32,000 nt of DNA from an uncultured archaeon. Its GTDB lineage: Archaea > Iainarchaeota > Iainarchaeia > Iainarchaeales > DATDZZ01. The position numbers and the translations under genes were made by a program. This document shows positions 8,390 through 16,220 of this stretch, piece after piece (the stretch's first letter is position 1; every line of letters starts with the position of its first letter). The stretch is taken from assembly GCA_964373795.1 (NCBI GenBank), contig CAYJVY010000009.1, forward strand, positions 30,241 to 62,240, in the 5' to 3' direction. Under the pieces are notes generated by a model, which was given only the letters and a program-made list of their open reading frames with translations, made no database searches and was not told the DNA's origin.

Positions 8390-8884
8390 TTAAGAAATTT
8401 TTGATAGGCCTAACCTTTTTAAAACACTGTATTTTGATTCATTTTTTTTCTCTAAAGCATCTTGTAAAGCTTCCAAAGCATATTTTGAATCAAATGCATT
8501 TACTTTAATTGAAGTAAATTCTTTTTTCGAAATTGATTTATTTAAGAGGATTTTTTCATTAAATGCTGTGATTAAATCCATTTGCTGAGTTGACAAAAAA
8601 TAAATATCAATTATTGCATTGGAAGCACCAAAACCATTAAAAATCATTGGCAATGCTTTGTCTCCAAAGAATTGCTTTGAGTATTTTAAGTAATCATATA
8701 TTGCGCCAATGATTTCTCCTTTTTTTAAAAAAATTAATGCTTCTTCTAATCCGTCAAATCCTTCAATTGTTGCAACAATGTATCCTGTGAACACTACATC
8801 ACTTAATTCATTTAGTTTTGACACTAAATTAAAATTCTTTAAAAGCAATCCTTCTTCTCTTGCAGTTCCAGTCGGTAAATTCAT
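8390..8884 (-). CDS. uncharacterised protein (possible DUF4388/DUF2226-like module)
   Basis: 164-aa ORF in an operon-like array. The N-terminal pattern LP.G...EGLLL.....L..L....FTGYIVATIEG...EEALIFLKKGEIIGAIY resembles the G-x-L / tG-x-l / G-x-iv-A signature of DUF4388/DUF2226-type domains. This is a weak assignment made by eye. Confidence 0.5.
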   Translation of the reverse strand: MNLPTGTAREEGLLLKNFNLVSKLNELSDVVFTGYIVATIEGFDGLEEALIFLKKGEIIGAIYDYLKYSKQFFGDKALPMIFNGFGASNAIIDIYFLSTQQMDLITAFNEKILLNKSISKKEFTSIKVNAFDSKYALEALQDALEKKNESKYSVLKRLGLSKIS

Positions 8885-8963
8885 AAAATCAATAAAAGTA
8901 ATGCTTTTGCAGTTTTTATTTGTAACGCTTTCAAAAAAAGTTTTAATTATTTTCCTTTAAATT

Positions 8964-10010
8964 TTATGAATTCAATTTTTTTAATGCTTCAACTGCATCT
9001 TTGCGAACCTCTTCACTTTCATCTTTCAACAATTCTTTAATGAATGTAATACTTCTTTTTGAATCTAAAGCTCCTAAAGTGTGAACTGCTTGAGCTCTTA
9101 CCTCTGCGTTTTCATCTTTCAATCTTTCTTCAATTAATAGAATACTTTTATGTGAATTCATTAATCCTAAAAGTTCCACAGCAATAACTCGAATAAATGG
9201 AATTGAAATGTTTAGCAAGCCTTCAACAATTGGAGTGAAAAGCAATAATTTAATTAACTCAAATAAATCCTCTGATTGCATACTTTTTGTTATTAGGTAT
9301 TTTCTTTCCGATTCAAGTTTTTTTAACGTCTGCTCTGTTTCCATTCTAACATTTTCATCTCCATCTTTCAATCTTTTTTCTATTAATGGAATACTATGAA
9401 TTGAATTAAGTTCCCTTAAAGCGTTAATTGCATTATTTCGAACCTCTGCAGAAGAATCTTTCAATCTTTTTTCAATTAATGGAATACTTTTAATTGCATT
9501 TAAATTTTTTAATGCAGATACTGCAGCTTCGCGAACTATGGATTCAGGGTCTTTAAGCATTTCTTCAATTAATGGAATATTTTTTTCATTTTGAGATTTT
9601 CCTAATGCATATATAGCATTGCATCTAGACATCATTCCTTTTTCTTGTAACATTTCTTTTAGTAATGGATTATCTTTAGTGTAATCAAACTGTCCCAAGG
9701 TTTGAGCTGCTTGTCCTCTAATGGTTTCATCTGGGTCTTCTAATAACTTTTCAATATTTGGAATGCTTTTAGTATATCTTAACCTAGACAAAGCGAACAA
9801 TGCATTCAATCTAACATTTCCGTCTTTATCCCGCAATAGATTTTCAATTAAATCACCACTTTTTAGTTTTAGTCTTTGAAATAAAAGAACCCCTTTTAAC
9901 CTATTTCTTGCATTAGAGTCAATTAGCATTTTTTTTAATTGCTGAATATCTTTTGATTCATTAAATAAATTAGGGTCAACTTTTGGCGACTCTATTTTTC
10001 TTGATTTCAT
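8964..10010 (-). CDS. HEAT (PBS-lyase type) repeat protein
   Basis: 348 aa with about 9-10 units of ~31 aa of the form IP.IE..LKD.d..VR..A..AL..l. IPLIEKRLKD occurs twice exactly, alongside close variants such as IPLIEEMLKD. The periodicity is visible at the DNA level. Confidence 0.8.
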   Translation of the reverse strand: MKSRKIESPKVDPNLFNESKDIQQLKKMLIDSNARNRLKGVLLFQRLKLKSGDLIENLLRDKDGNVRLNALFALSRLRYTKSIPNIEKLLEDPDETIRGQAAQTLGQFDYTKDNPLLKEMLQEKGMMSRCNAIYALGKSQNEKNIPLIEEMLKDPESIVREAAVSALKNLNAIKSIPLIEKRLKDSSAEVRNNAINALRELNSIHSIPLIEKRLKDGDENVRMETEQTLKKLESERKYLITKSMQSEDLFELIKLLLFTPIVEGLLNISIPFIRVIAVELLGLMNSHKSILLIEERLKDENAEVRAQAVHTLGALDSKRSITFIKELLKDESEEVRKDAVEALKKLNS

Positions 10011-10051
10011 TTATTTAATTAGTTTTAACTCGAATAAAAGCTTTTGCAAGA

Positions 10052-10516
10052 TTATTTTCCTAAAACTATTACTTGATCTGCAGTGTTTTTCAATGCTACT
10101 GCGGAGGCTTCTTCAGCTAATACTACTATTGTTTCTTTTCCGTATTGCTTGGCTTTAACAATTGAAGGCAAGAAATCAGAATCCCTTGTTACAACTGCTA
10201 TTACTTCAATTGATGGATTGAAAATTGTCTCAGTTACTTCTACAGCCATTGCAACATCTACGTCTCCAACAGTTATAATTGATTCAAATCCTTGATTGAC
10301 TACTGCTTCAACTAATTTGTTTGAAGCATATTGGTTTAGAAAAACTTTGCCTATTTTTATTACTCCAAATTTTTTAACTGCCTTAGTAATGTCTTCTAAA
10401 TTAATTCCTAGTTCTTTTCGCAAAATATTTGGACCATCAACAAAAACTGCAATGCTTTTGCTTTTCTTTTGCAGAGAAATTACTTCTTGAAGCTTTTTTT
10501 TAACTGATTCAAACAA
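10052..10516 (-). CDS. NYN / LabA-like (PIN-like) domain protein
   Basis: 154 aa. IAVFVDGPNILRK at the N-terminus, a central GDVDVAMAVE and VVTRDSDFLPSIVKAKQYGKETIVV match the LabA/NYN acidic-residue pattern. Confidence 0.75.
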   Translation of the reverse strand: MFESVKKKLQEVISLQKKSKSIAVFVDGPNILRKELGINLEDITKAVKKFGVIKIGKVFLNQYASNKLVEAVVNQGFESIITVGDVDVAMAVEVTETIFNPSIEVIAVVTRDSDFLPSIVKAKQYGKETIVVLAEEASAVALKNTADQVIVLGK

Positions 10517-10676
10517 TTAAATCCACTTTAATAAAAGTATACTATTTTTTGCTGCTATTCTGTTAAAAATTTAATGTTATTCTTGAATGCTTTTTTTGCA
10601 GGAAAAGATATTTAAATCAATCTTTGTTTTATTCATTAAATAAGATTACTTTTTGATGAATTTCTTTGGTGAATTT

Positions 10677-11072
10677 ATGGCTGTAGAAGAAAAAAAATTT
10701 GTTGAAATAGGACAGTTAAAAGAAGGGGGATATGTTTTAATTGATGGAATTGCTTGTCAAATAAAGTCTTTTGATAAATCCAAGCCTGGAAAACACGGAG
10801 CTGCAAAAGCAAGAATTGTTGCAGTAGGAGTTTTTAATGCCCAGAAAAAAAATTTATTAAAACCAGTTTCAGCTGAAGCTGAAGTTCCAATAATTAAAAA
10901 AGGCACTGCTCAAGTAGTTGCAGTAATGGGGGAGGTTGTTCAAATAATGGATACAACTTCTTATGAAACATTTGATGTAAAAAAACCCAAAGAAATTGAA
11001 GACCTTCAATCCGGAACTGAAATTGAATACAATCAATATGGTTCTGAACTAATGATTGTAAGAAAAAGATAA
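10677..11072 (+). CDS. eif5a: translation initiation factor 5A (aIF5A)
   Basis: Hypusination loop SKPGKHGAAKARIVAVGVF. The ORF track starts at TTG 10653, but ATG 10677 (MAVEEKKF...) lies just downstream of GGTGA at 10669-10673 and gives a typical ~131-aa aIF5A. Confidence 0.9.
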   Translation: MAVEEKKFVEIGQLKEGGYVLIDGIACQIKSFDKSKPGKHGAAKARIVAVGVFNAQKKNLLKPVSAEAEVPIIKKGTAQVVAVMGEVVQIMDTTSYETFDVKKPKEIEDLQSGTEIEYNQYGSELMIVRKR

Positions 11073-11089
11073 TTCTATTTTTATTTTCA

Positions 11090-11848
11090 GTGACTTTAAT
11101 GAATCTAGTATTAGTTGAATCAAGTCAGGGTTGCCTGGATAAAAATATTGGAACAGAACTAGCTCCTAGAAAAATTTTAAAACAATTAAATTCTTCTCTT
11201 TTGGAAAAACATTTAGAAATAGAAATTCCTGTAAGCATTAATTCTTTTGAAGAAACCCTTGAAAGCATTGAATTTAATTCTGCAAGATTAGAAGGCAAAA
11301 ATGTTTTCATTGGAGGTGATCAATCTATTTCTTTTGCTTTATTCAAAGCTTTAAAGAAAAAAATTATTGAAAAAAGCATTGGATTAATTGTTTTCGATTC
11401 TACTTCAAATCTTATTAATAGTTCTTTTCCTCCAAGCAATGAAAACTGGCTTAGAGTTTTAATTGAAAAAGGTGCTTTGAATTCAAACAATCTTTTATTA
11501 ATGGGCTTGCAAGCATTTTCTTCAACTGAAGAAGAATTCATTAAAGAAAAAAATCTTTCAATTATTTCTTGTAAAGAAATATTTGAAGAAAAAGAAAAAG
11601 TAAAACAAAAACTTCAAGAATTTTTAAATAAATTTGATTTCTTTTATTGTTCAATTGATTTAAACCTCTTTTATTCGGCAGAAAATGGTTTAAGTGTAGA
11701 ACAATTTTTTGAATTACTTGGTTTAATTCTTTTTTCTAAAAAAGTTCGAGACTTTGATTTAGTTGAAGCAAACCCTTTAAAAGATGAAGAAAACAAAACC
11801 ATTCTCATTGCAGCAAAAATACTTGAAAAAATTCTTAACTCAAATTGA
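11090..11848 (+). CDS. arginase/agmatinase-fold protein with degenerate metal-binding motifs
   Basis: The three ureohydrolase motifs are alignable but substituted. GGDQS replaces GGDHS, DSTSN replaces DxHxD, and SIDLN replaces SxDxD. The C-terminal DLVEANP region is conserved. Start is either GTG 11090 or ATG 11099. Confidence 0.7.
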   Translation: MTLMNLVLVESSQGCLDKNIGTELAPRKILKQLNSSLLEKHLEIEIPVSINSFEETLESIEFNSARLEGKNVFIGGDQSISFALFKALKKKIIEKSIGLIVFDSTSNLINSSFPPSNENWLRVLIEKGALNSNNLLLMGLQAFSSTEEEFIKEKNLSIISCKEIFEEKEKVKQKLQEFLNKFDFFYCSIDLNLFYSAENGLSVEQFFELLGLILFSKKVRDFDLVEANPLKDEENKTILIAAKILEKILNSN

Positions 11849-11856
11849 TTTGAAAC

Positions 11857-13977
11857 TTAGTTTAAAAACTTGTATTTTCCGCCACAAAATTTTATTATTA
11901 GTTCAAGTGTTTCTAAAACAATTTTTTTCAATTTCTGGCCTTTGAGTTGGGAATTACCCATAAAACACATTAAAACGCTTCTAGTGTGTTGATTAACCTT
12001 TGAAACCTCTGATTGTTTAGTTAACCAACGAGTGATAACCTCTTTATTGGAGTCAACCAAAATTATTTCTCCAGGAAAAATTTTTACTCTTTCTTGCGAG
12101 CCTACTGGAGTGAATTTTTCTTGTCCGATTGCCTTTCTTAAAAAAACTTTTCCAAAAACCTTTTTCCTATCATATGCTCCAATAACTAATCCATACTCTA
12201 AAGACTTCAAATTATAGCAATCAGTAACAGTGTTAATGTTAGGCAGTTTACTACTTTCTTGAAATTGTTGTAACAAGTTATCAACTGAAACAAGTTCTCC
12301 TCTGTCTTTTTCTCCAAGATTTTTTCTATATTCTTCTACATGCAGTGATTTGGAAATTTTTGTTGCATCAATTTTTGAAAAAAAATCTTTTTTAAATCTC
12401 TCTAAAGACATGGATTTTGATTGAACGTTTAATCCATTCACTTGCACTACAAAAAATTCTTCATTAACTTTTGAATCTTTTTCGAATTCAAGCCAAGGAA
12501 ATTCTTTTTCCTCTAATTGTTTTGCATCAAGTTTTTTGAATAAAATTTCTCCTTTGCTTATTTTAGTTCCTGCTTTCAATGAATTAAATTTGCAGTCAGA
12601 AATGCTTCCAAGTTTAACGCCTAGTTGTTCGCAGATTTTTTCACTTGTTGAAGGCATTACAGGATAAACTAGTATTGCAATTATTTTAATTGAATCAGCT
12701 AAAGAGTATAACACATTGTCTAATTCTTTTCCTTTTAATTTCCAAGGCTCTTTTTCGTTAACAAATTTATTGCATGCATTAATGAAATGCCAGATTTCAC
12801 TTAAAGCGTTATGAATTTCAAGTGACTGCATTAATTGTTTTATTTTTTCTAAATGCAATTCTTTTTGCAGTTCTTCGCTTGCCTTTCCTGCAGGAATGTT
12901 TTCTCCATTTTTTTCAATTAAACTTAAAACCCTGCTTACAAGGTTTCCTAAATCGTTTGCTAATTCATTGTTTAGTCTTTCAATTATTCCTGTTTCGGAA
13001 AAATTTCCGTCTTGGCCAAAAGGGATTTCTCTAACCAAAAAATATCTTAATGCATCTACTCCATAAATTTCGGTTAAATAATTTGGGTCAACTACATTGC
13101 CTAGAGATTTACTCATTTTTTGTCCATTGACTGTTAAAAATCCGTGAGAGTAAACTGTTTTAGGGATTTTATATCCTGCACTCATTAACATTGCAGGCCA
13201 TTGAATGCAGTGAAATTTTTGAATATCTTTTCCCACTATATGTAAATCTGCTGGCCAAAATTTTTTTTCATCCCCTGAAACATAATTAACTAAAGCGTCA
13301 AACCAAACCCATATTTTGTGAGAAGAATCAATTGGAACATTTATTCCCCATTCAAGGTTTGGCCTTGAAATACTTAAATCTTTTAATCCTGATTTAATAA
13401 AGTTAATTATTTCATTTCTTCTTTGCTCTGGTTGAACAAATTCGGGGTTTTCTTCAATTAATTTTAATAGCCTGTCTTGATATTTTGATAACTTGAAAAA
13501 ATAGTTTTCTTCAGAGATTTCTTCAGGAGCTTTTTTATGTAAAGGACATTTTCCTTTAACTAAATCTAATTCCATTAAAAAAGCTTCACAGCCTTTACAG
13601 TAAAATCCTTTATAATTTCCTTTGAAAATATCTCCTGCATTAAATACTTTCATGAAAAACTCTGTTACAACTTTTTTATGCTGTTCTTCGGTTGTTCGAA
13701 TAAATCTGTCAAAAGAAATGTTCAAGTTTTTCCAAGTTTTAATCCATTTTCCAGCCATTGAATTAGAGTAGGCTTGAATGTCTTCAAATCCTTGTTTTTT
13801 TGCTGCTTCAACTGTTTTACTTGCATTTTCATCTAATCCAGTTAAATAAAACACTTCTTCTCCTAACAAGCGATGCCATCGAGCTATGACGTCTGCAATA
13901 ATCGTAGTGTAAGCACTTCCAACGCTTGGCACATCATTAATGTAATAAATAGGTGTTGTAACAAAAAATTTTTTCAT
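11857..13977 (-). CDS. metG: methionyl-tRNA synthetase with atypical HIGH region and C-terminal B3/B4-like domain
   Basis: TTPIYYINDVPSVGSAYTT, LTGLDENA, a CKGC...CPLH knuckle, VWFDALVNY, HIVGKDIQKFHCIQWPAMLM and QKMSKSLGNVVDP, followed by an anticodon-binding helical domain. The last ~214 aa (11860-12501) resemble stand-alone B3/B4 (COG3382-type) proteins. Confidence 0.85.
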   Translation of the reverse strand: MKKFFVTTPIYYINDVPSVGSAYTTIIADVIARWHRLLGEEVFYLTGLDENASKTVEAAKKQGFEDIQAYSNSMAGKWIKTWKNLNISFDRFIRTTEEQHKKVVTEFFMKVFNAGDIFKGNYKGFYCKGCEAFLMELDLVKGKCPLHKKAPEEISEENYFFKLSKYQDRLLKLIEENPEFVQPEQRRNEIINFIKSGLKDLSISRPNLEWGINVPIDSSHKIWVWFDALVNYVSGDEKKFWPADLHIVGKDIQKFHCIQWPAMLMSAGYKIPKTVYSHGFLTVNGQKMSKSLGNVVDPNYLTEIYGVDALRYFLVREIPFGQDGNFSETGIIERLNNELANDLGNLVSRVLSLIEKNGENIPAGKASEELQKELHLEKIKQLMQSLEIHNALSEIWHFINACNKFVNEKEPWKLKGKELDNVLYSLADSIKIIAILVYPVMPSTSEKICEQLGVKLGSISDCKFNSLKAGTKISKGEILFKKLDAKQLEEKEFPWLEFEKDSKVNEEFFVVQVNGLNVQSKSMSLERFKKDFFSKIDATKISKSLHVEEYRKNLGEKDRGELVSVDNLLQQFQESSKLPNINTVTDCYNLKSLEYGLVIGAYDRKKVFGKVFLRKAIGQEKFTPVGSQERVKIFPGEIILVDSNKEVITRWLTKQSEVSKVNQHTRSVLMCFMGNSQLKGQKLKKIVLETLELIIKFCGGKYKFLN

Positions 13978-13989
13978 TAAAATTCAACC

Positions 13990-14451
13990 TTAATTGTATT
14001 TTCCGTTGCAAGTAATTGACATAACTCTATTTGATTGAGCAATTGTTACAGCATCATCTCCAAATTCATCAAAGGTTAACTGAATTTCATTTTTATATGT
14101 TAAACCTTCTTTCCCACTTTTAAGTATTGCTGTAACAGTATTTTCATCTCCTGCAATAAAAAGTGTTGCAGGATTTAAAGTTTTTTCAATATTTGCTGAA
14201 ACATCTTTTACTTTTGTTACTTGAATCTTGTGTGAAAGAATATTTGAAAAAGTTAAACCAAAATTTCCATCAACCCTATATATATGTGATTTGTAAACAA
14301 ATTTTGAAGGAAAACCAGTGCATAACTCAATATTTCCACCTAAATTAAATAAACCTAAATACCCTAGAATTCCAATTATAATTACTATTACAACTAATGC
14401 CCATCCATAAGTCATTAAGTATTCCAAAGCTGATTGTGCTTTTTCATTCAT
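13990..14451 (-). CDS. archaeal type IV pilin-like protein (class III signal peptide), paralog 1
   Basis: N-terminus is MNEKA/QSALEYLMTYGWALVVIVIIIGILGYL: a short basic leader, Q-x-x-x-E, then a hydrophobic helix. The globular domain is Thr/Asn-rich. Cys occurs at both ends of the globular domain (ELCTG ... ITCNGKYN). Confidence 0.75.
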   Translation of the reverse strand: MNEKAQSALEYLMTYGWALVVIVIIIGILGYLGLFNLGGNIELCTGFPSKFVYKSHIYRVDGNFGLTFSNILSHKIQVTKVKDVSANIEKTLNPATLFIAGDENTVTAILKSGKEGLTYKNEIQLTFDEFGDDAVTIAQSNRVMSITCNGKYN

Positions 14452-14579
14452 TTAATCACTTTCCATTACATCTTTAATGAATTATAATTAATTACAGTTT
14501 ATGTTTTTAATGTTTCCATTAAATTTAAAACCGTCAAGTTTTTATTTAAGTTAATATCTTAATTTATTGATAAATTTAA

Positions 14580-14822
14580 TTGGTGAAATATTTGACTAAT
14601 TTTGTTAAATTATTTTTACGAGGGACTTTTTTTTTCCTTATTGGAACTGCTTTAATGACTTTATTTTTGTTTTCTTTACTTGAAGGATTGCAAAACCATT
14701 TTAATAGGAGTCTTCCTTTAACCTTTGTTTATTATTTTTTGGCTGTTTTTTCTTTTATTGCAGCTTTTGTTTTATATTTAGAGGCAAAGCAAATGTTTTA
14801 TTTTGCAAAACTATCCAAATAA
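14580..14822 (+). CDS. small membrane protein (2-3 TM), unknown
   Basis: 80-aa ORF starting at TTG/GTG, hydrophobic throughout. It ends 9 nt before the KaiC-like gene and could be co-transcribed with it. Confidence 0.4.
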   Translation: MVKYLTNFVKLFLRGTFFFLIGTALMTLFLFSLLEGLQNHFNRSLPLTFVYYFLAVFSFIAAFVLYLEAKQMFYFAKLSK

Positions 14823-14831
14823 GGTGATTTA

Positions 14832-15533
14832 ATGAACAGACTAGTAATTGAAAGAACTAAGACAGGTGTTCTAGGATTTGATAAGTTACTTGGCGGAGGA
14901 ATTCCAAGAGGAAACCTTGTAGTACTAGCAGGTGATCCTGGATCTGGGAAAACCATTTTCAGTATTCAGTTTTTATATGAAGGAATAATGCAATTTAAAG
15001 AACCAGGAATTTTTATTAGTTTAGAGGAATCTCCTGACACAATTATTAAAACTGCTGCTCTTTTTGGATGGGATTTAAATCCATTAATTGAAAAAGGATT
15101 GCTAAAAATTTACACAATAGAGTTATATGATTTTGATAAACTGAAAAACACTATTGAAGACTTGATTTCTTCAATTGAAGCTAAAAGACTTGTACTAGAT
15201 CCAGGAGTAATTTTTAGATTATTCTTTGAAAGAGAATTAGAGGCAAGAAAAAGAATTCTTTCACTTGGAAAACTAATTAAAAAACTGAATTGCACTACAG
15301 TTATAACAAATGAAATTGCTTTAGATCAACAGCAATCCTTGTTTGGTTTAGAAGAATACGTTGCAGATGGAGTAATTCTCTTATTTCACACTCGCTTAGG
15401 AAACAAATATGTTAGATCAATTGGAATTCTGAAAATGAGAGGCACAGACATAACTGAAAAAATTCATTCAGTTCAAATAACTAAAAACGGTATAAACATT
15501 TCAAGCGGCAGACCAATATTCGAAGAACTTTAA
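14832..15533 (+). CDS. single-domain KaiC/RecA-superfamily ATPase (ArlH/FlaH-like size)
   Basis: GFDKLLGGGIPRGNLVVLAGDPGSGKT (Walker A), SLEES (catalytic Glu pair), RLVLDPG (Walker B-like) and ILKMRGT. 233 aa. Confidence 0.8.
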   Translation: MNRLVIERTKTGVLGFDKLLGGGIPRGNLVVLAGDPGSGKTIFSIQFLYEGIMQFKEPGIFISLEESPDTIIKTAALFGWDLNPLIEKGLLKIYTIELYDFDKLKNTIEDLISSIEAKRLVLDPGVIFRLFFERELEARKRILSLGKLIKKLNCTTVITNEIALDQQQSLFGLEEYVADGVILLFHTRLGNKYVRSIGILKMRGTDITEKIHSVQITKNGINISSGRPIFEEL

Positions 15534-15608
15534 TTCATCGGTAAAAAACGAAATTATTACTCTTTTTTTATTTTTTTTTAAAGCAATACATTTAAATATT
15601 CTTAATCT

Positions 15609-15650
15609 TTTTATATAGTAGTTAAAATATTGTTACAAGTTTTAGGAGGT
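15609..15650 (+). promoter_or_regulatory. putative TATA box plus strong Shine-Dalgarno of pilin paralog 2
   Basis: ttttatata at 15609-15617 sits about 26 nt upstream of a plausible TSS. AGGAGGT at 15644-15650 lies 7 nt before ATG 15658 and is the best anti-SD match I saw in the window. Confidence 0.35.
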
Positions 15651-15657
15651 AAAATGG

Positions 15658-16125
15658 ATGTTTAAACAAAAAGGTCAATCTGCTCTTGAGTATTTAATGA
15701 CTTATGGATGGGCATTAGTAGTAATTGTTGTAGTAATTGGAGTTCTAGGTTTTTTAGGAGTATTCAATTTAGGTGGAACAATTGAATCTTGTACTGGAAT
15801 GCCTTCTCAATTTCAATACTCGGCTCATAGATATAAAGCTGATGGAAACTTTATGTTAACTTTTAATAATGGTTCAAATTATGATGTAAATGTTACTGCT
15901 TTAAGTGTTGGAGGAACATCCAAGACTCTTTCTCCAGCTGTGCAATTAGCTAAAGGAAAAGCTGGAACAGTTGGTTCTGGTGGTTATAAAACTGGGACAA
16001 GTGGAACTTCTTACAAAGTTGATGTAACCCTTACTTATGATGGATTAAAAGATGATGGAACTATTGAACCAACTCAAGGCGCAAAAAAAGTTACAGGCGT
16101 GCAGTGTACAGGTAAATACGAGTAA
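15658..16125 (+). CDS. archaeal type IV pilin-like protein (class III signal peptide), paralog 2, likely major pilin
   Basis: MFKQKG/QSALEYLMTYGWALVVIVVVIGVLGFL. The domain is Gly/Thr/Ser-rich, with the conserved Cys pair (ESCTG ... VQCTGKYE). It has a strong SD upstream and a hairpin plus T-tract downstream. Confidence 0.8.
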   Translation: MFKQKGQSALEYLMTYGWALVVIVVVIGVLGFLGVFNLGGTIESCTGMPSQFQYSAHRYKADGNFMLTFNNGSNYDVNVTALSVGGTSKTLSPAVQLAKGKAGTVGSGGYKTGTSGTSYKVDVTLTYDGLKDDGTIEPTQGAKKVTGVQCTGKYE

Positions 16126-16133
16126 ATTTTTTT

Positions 16134-16170
16134 GAATAGAACTTTTGTTCTATTCTATTCTTTTTCTTTT
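16134..16170 (+). terminator. hairpin plus T-rich tract after pilin paralog 2
   Basis: gaatagaac-tttt-gttctattc forms a 9-bp perfect stem at 16134-16155, followed by tattctttttcttttt. Confidence 0.5.
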
Positions 16171-16220
16171 TAATTCGATTGCTTTAAATACTTCTTACAT
16201 ATTTATTATTTTGATTTTTT

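Noticed and set aside
9000-9900. About 93-bp periodic DNA repeats (e.g. catctttcaatctttt..caattaatggaatact)
   Set aside because: They are in frame and correspond to the IPLIEKRLKD... units of the HEAT-repeat protein. This is coding repeat periodicity, not a mobile or regulatory repeat.
10653-10676. Upstream TTG/ATG starts for aIF5A (MMNFFGEF extension)
   Set aside because: The extension is not part of any aIF5A I know. The GGTGA box sits inside it, just upstream of ATG 10677, so the downstream start is preferred. The choice remains unverified.
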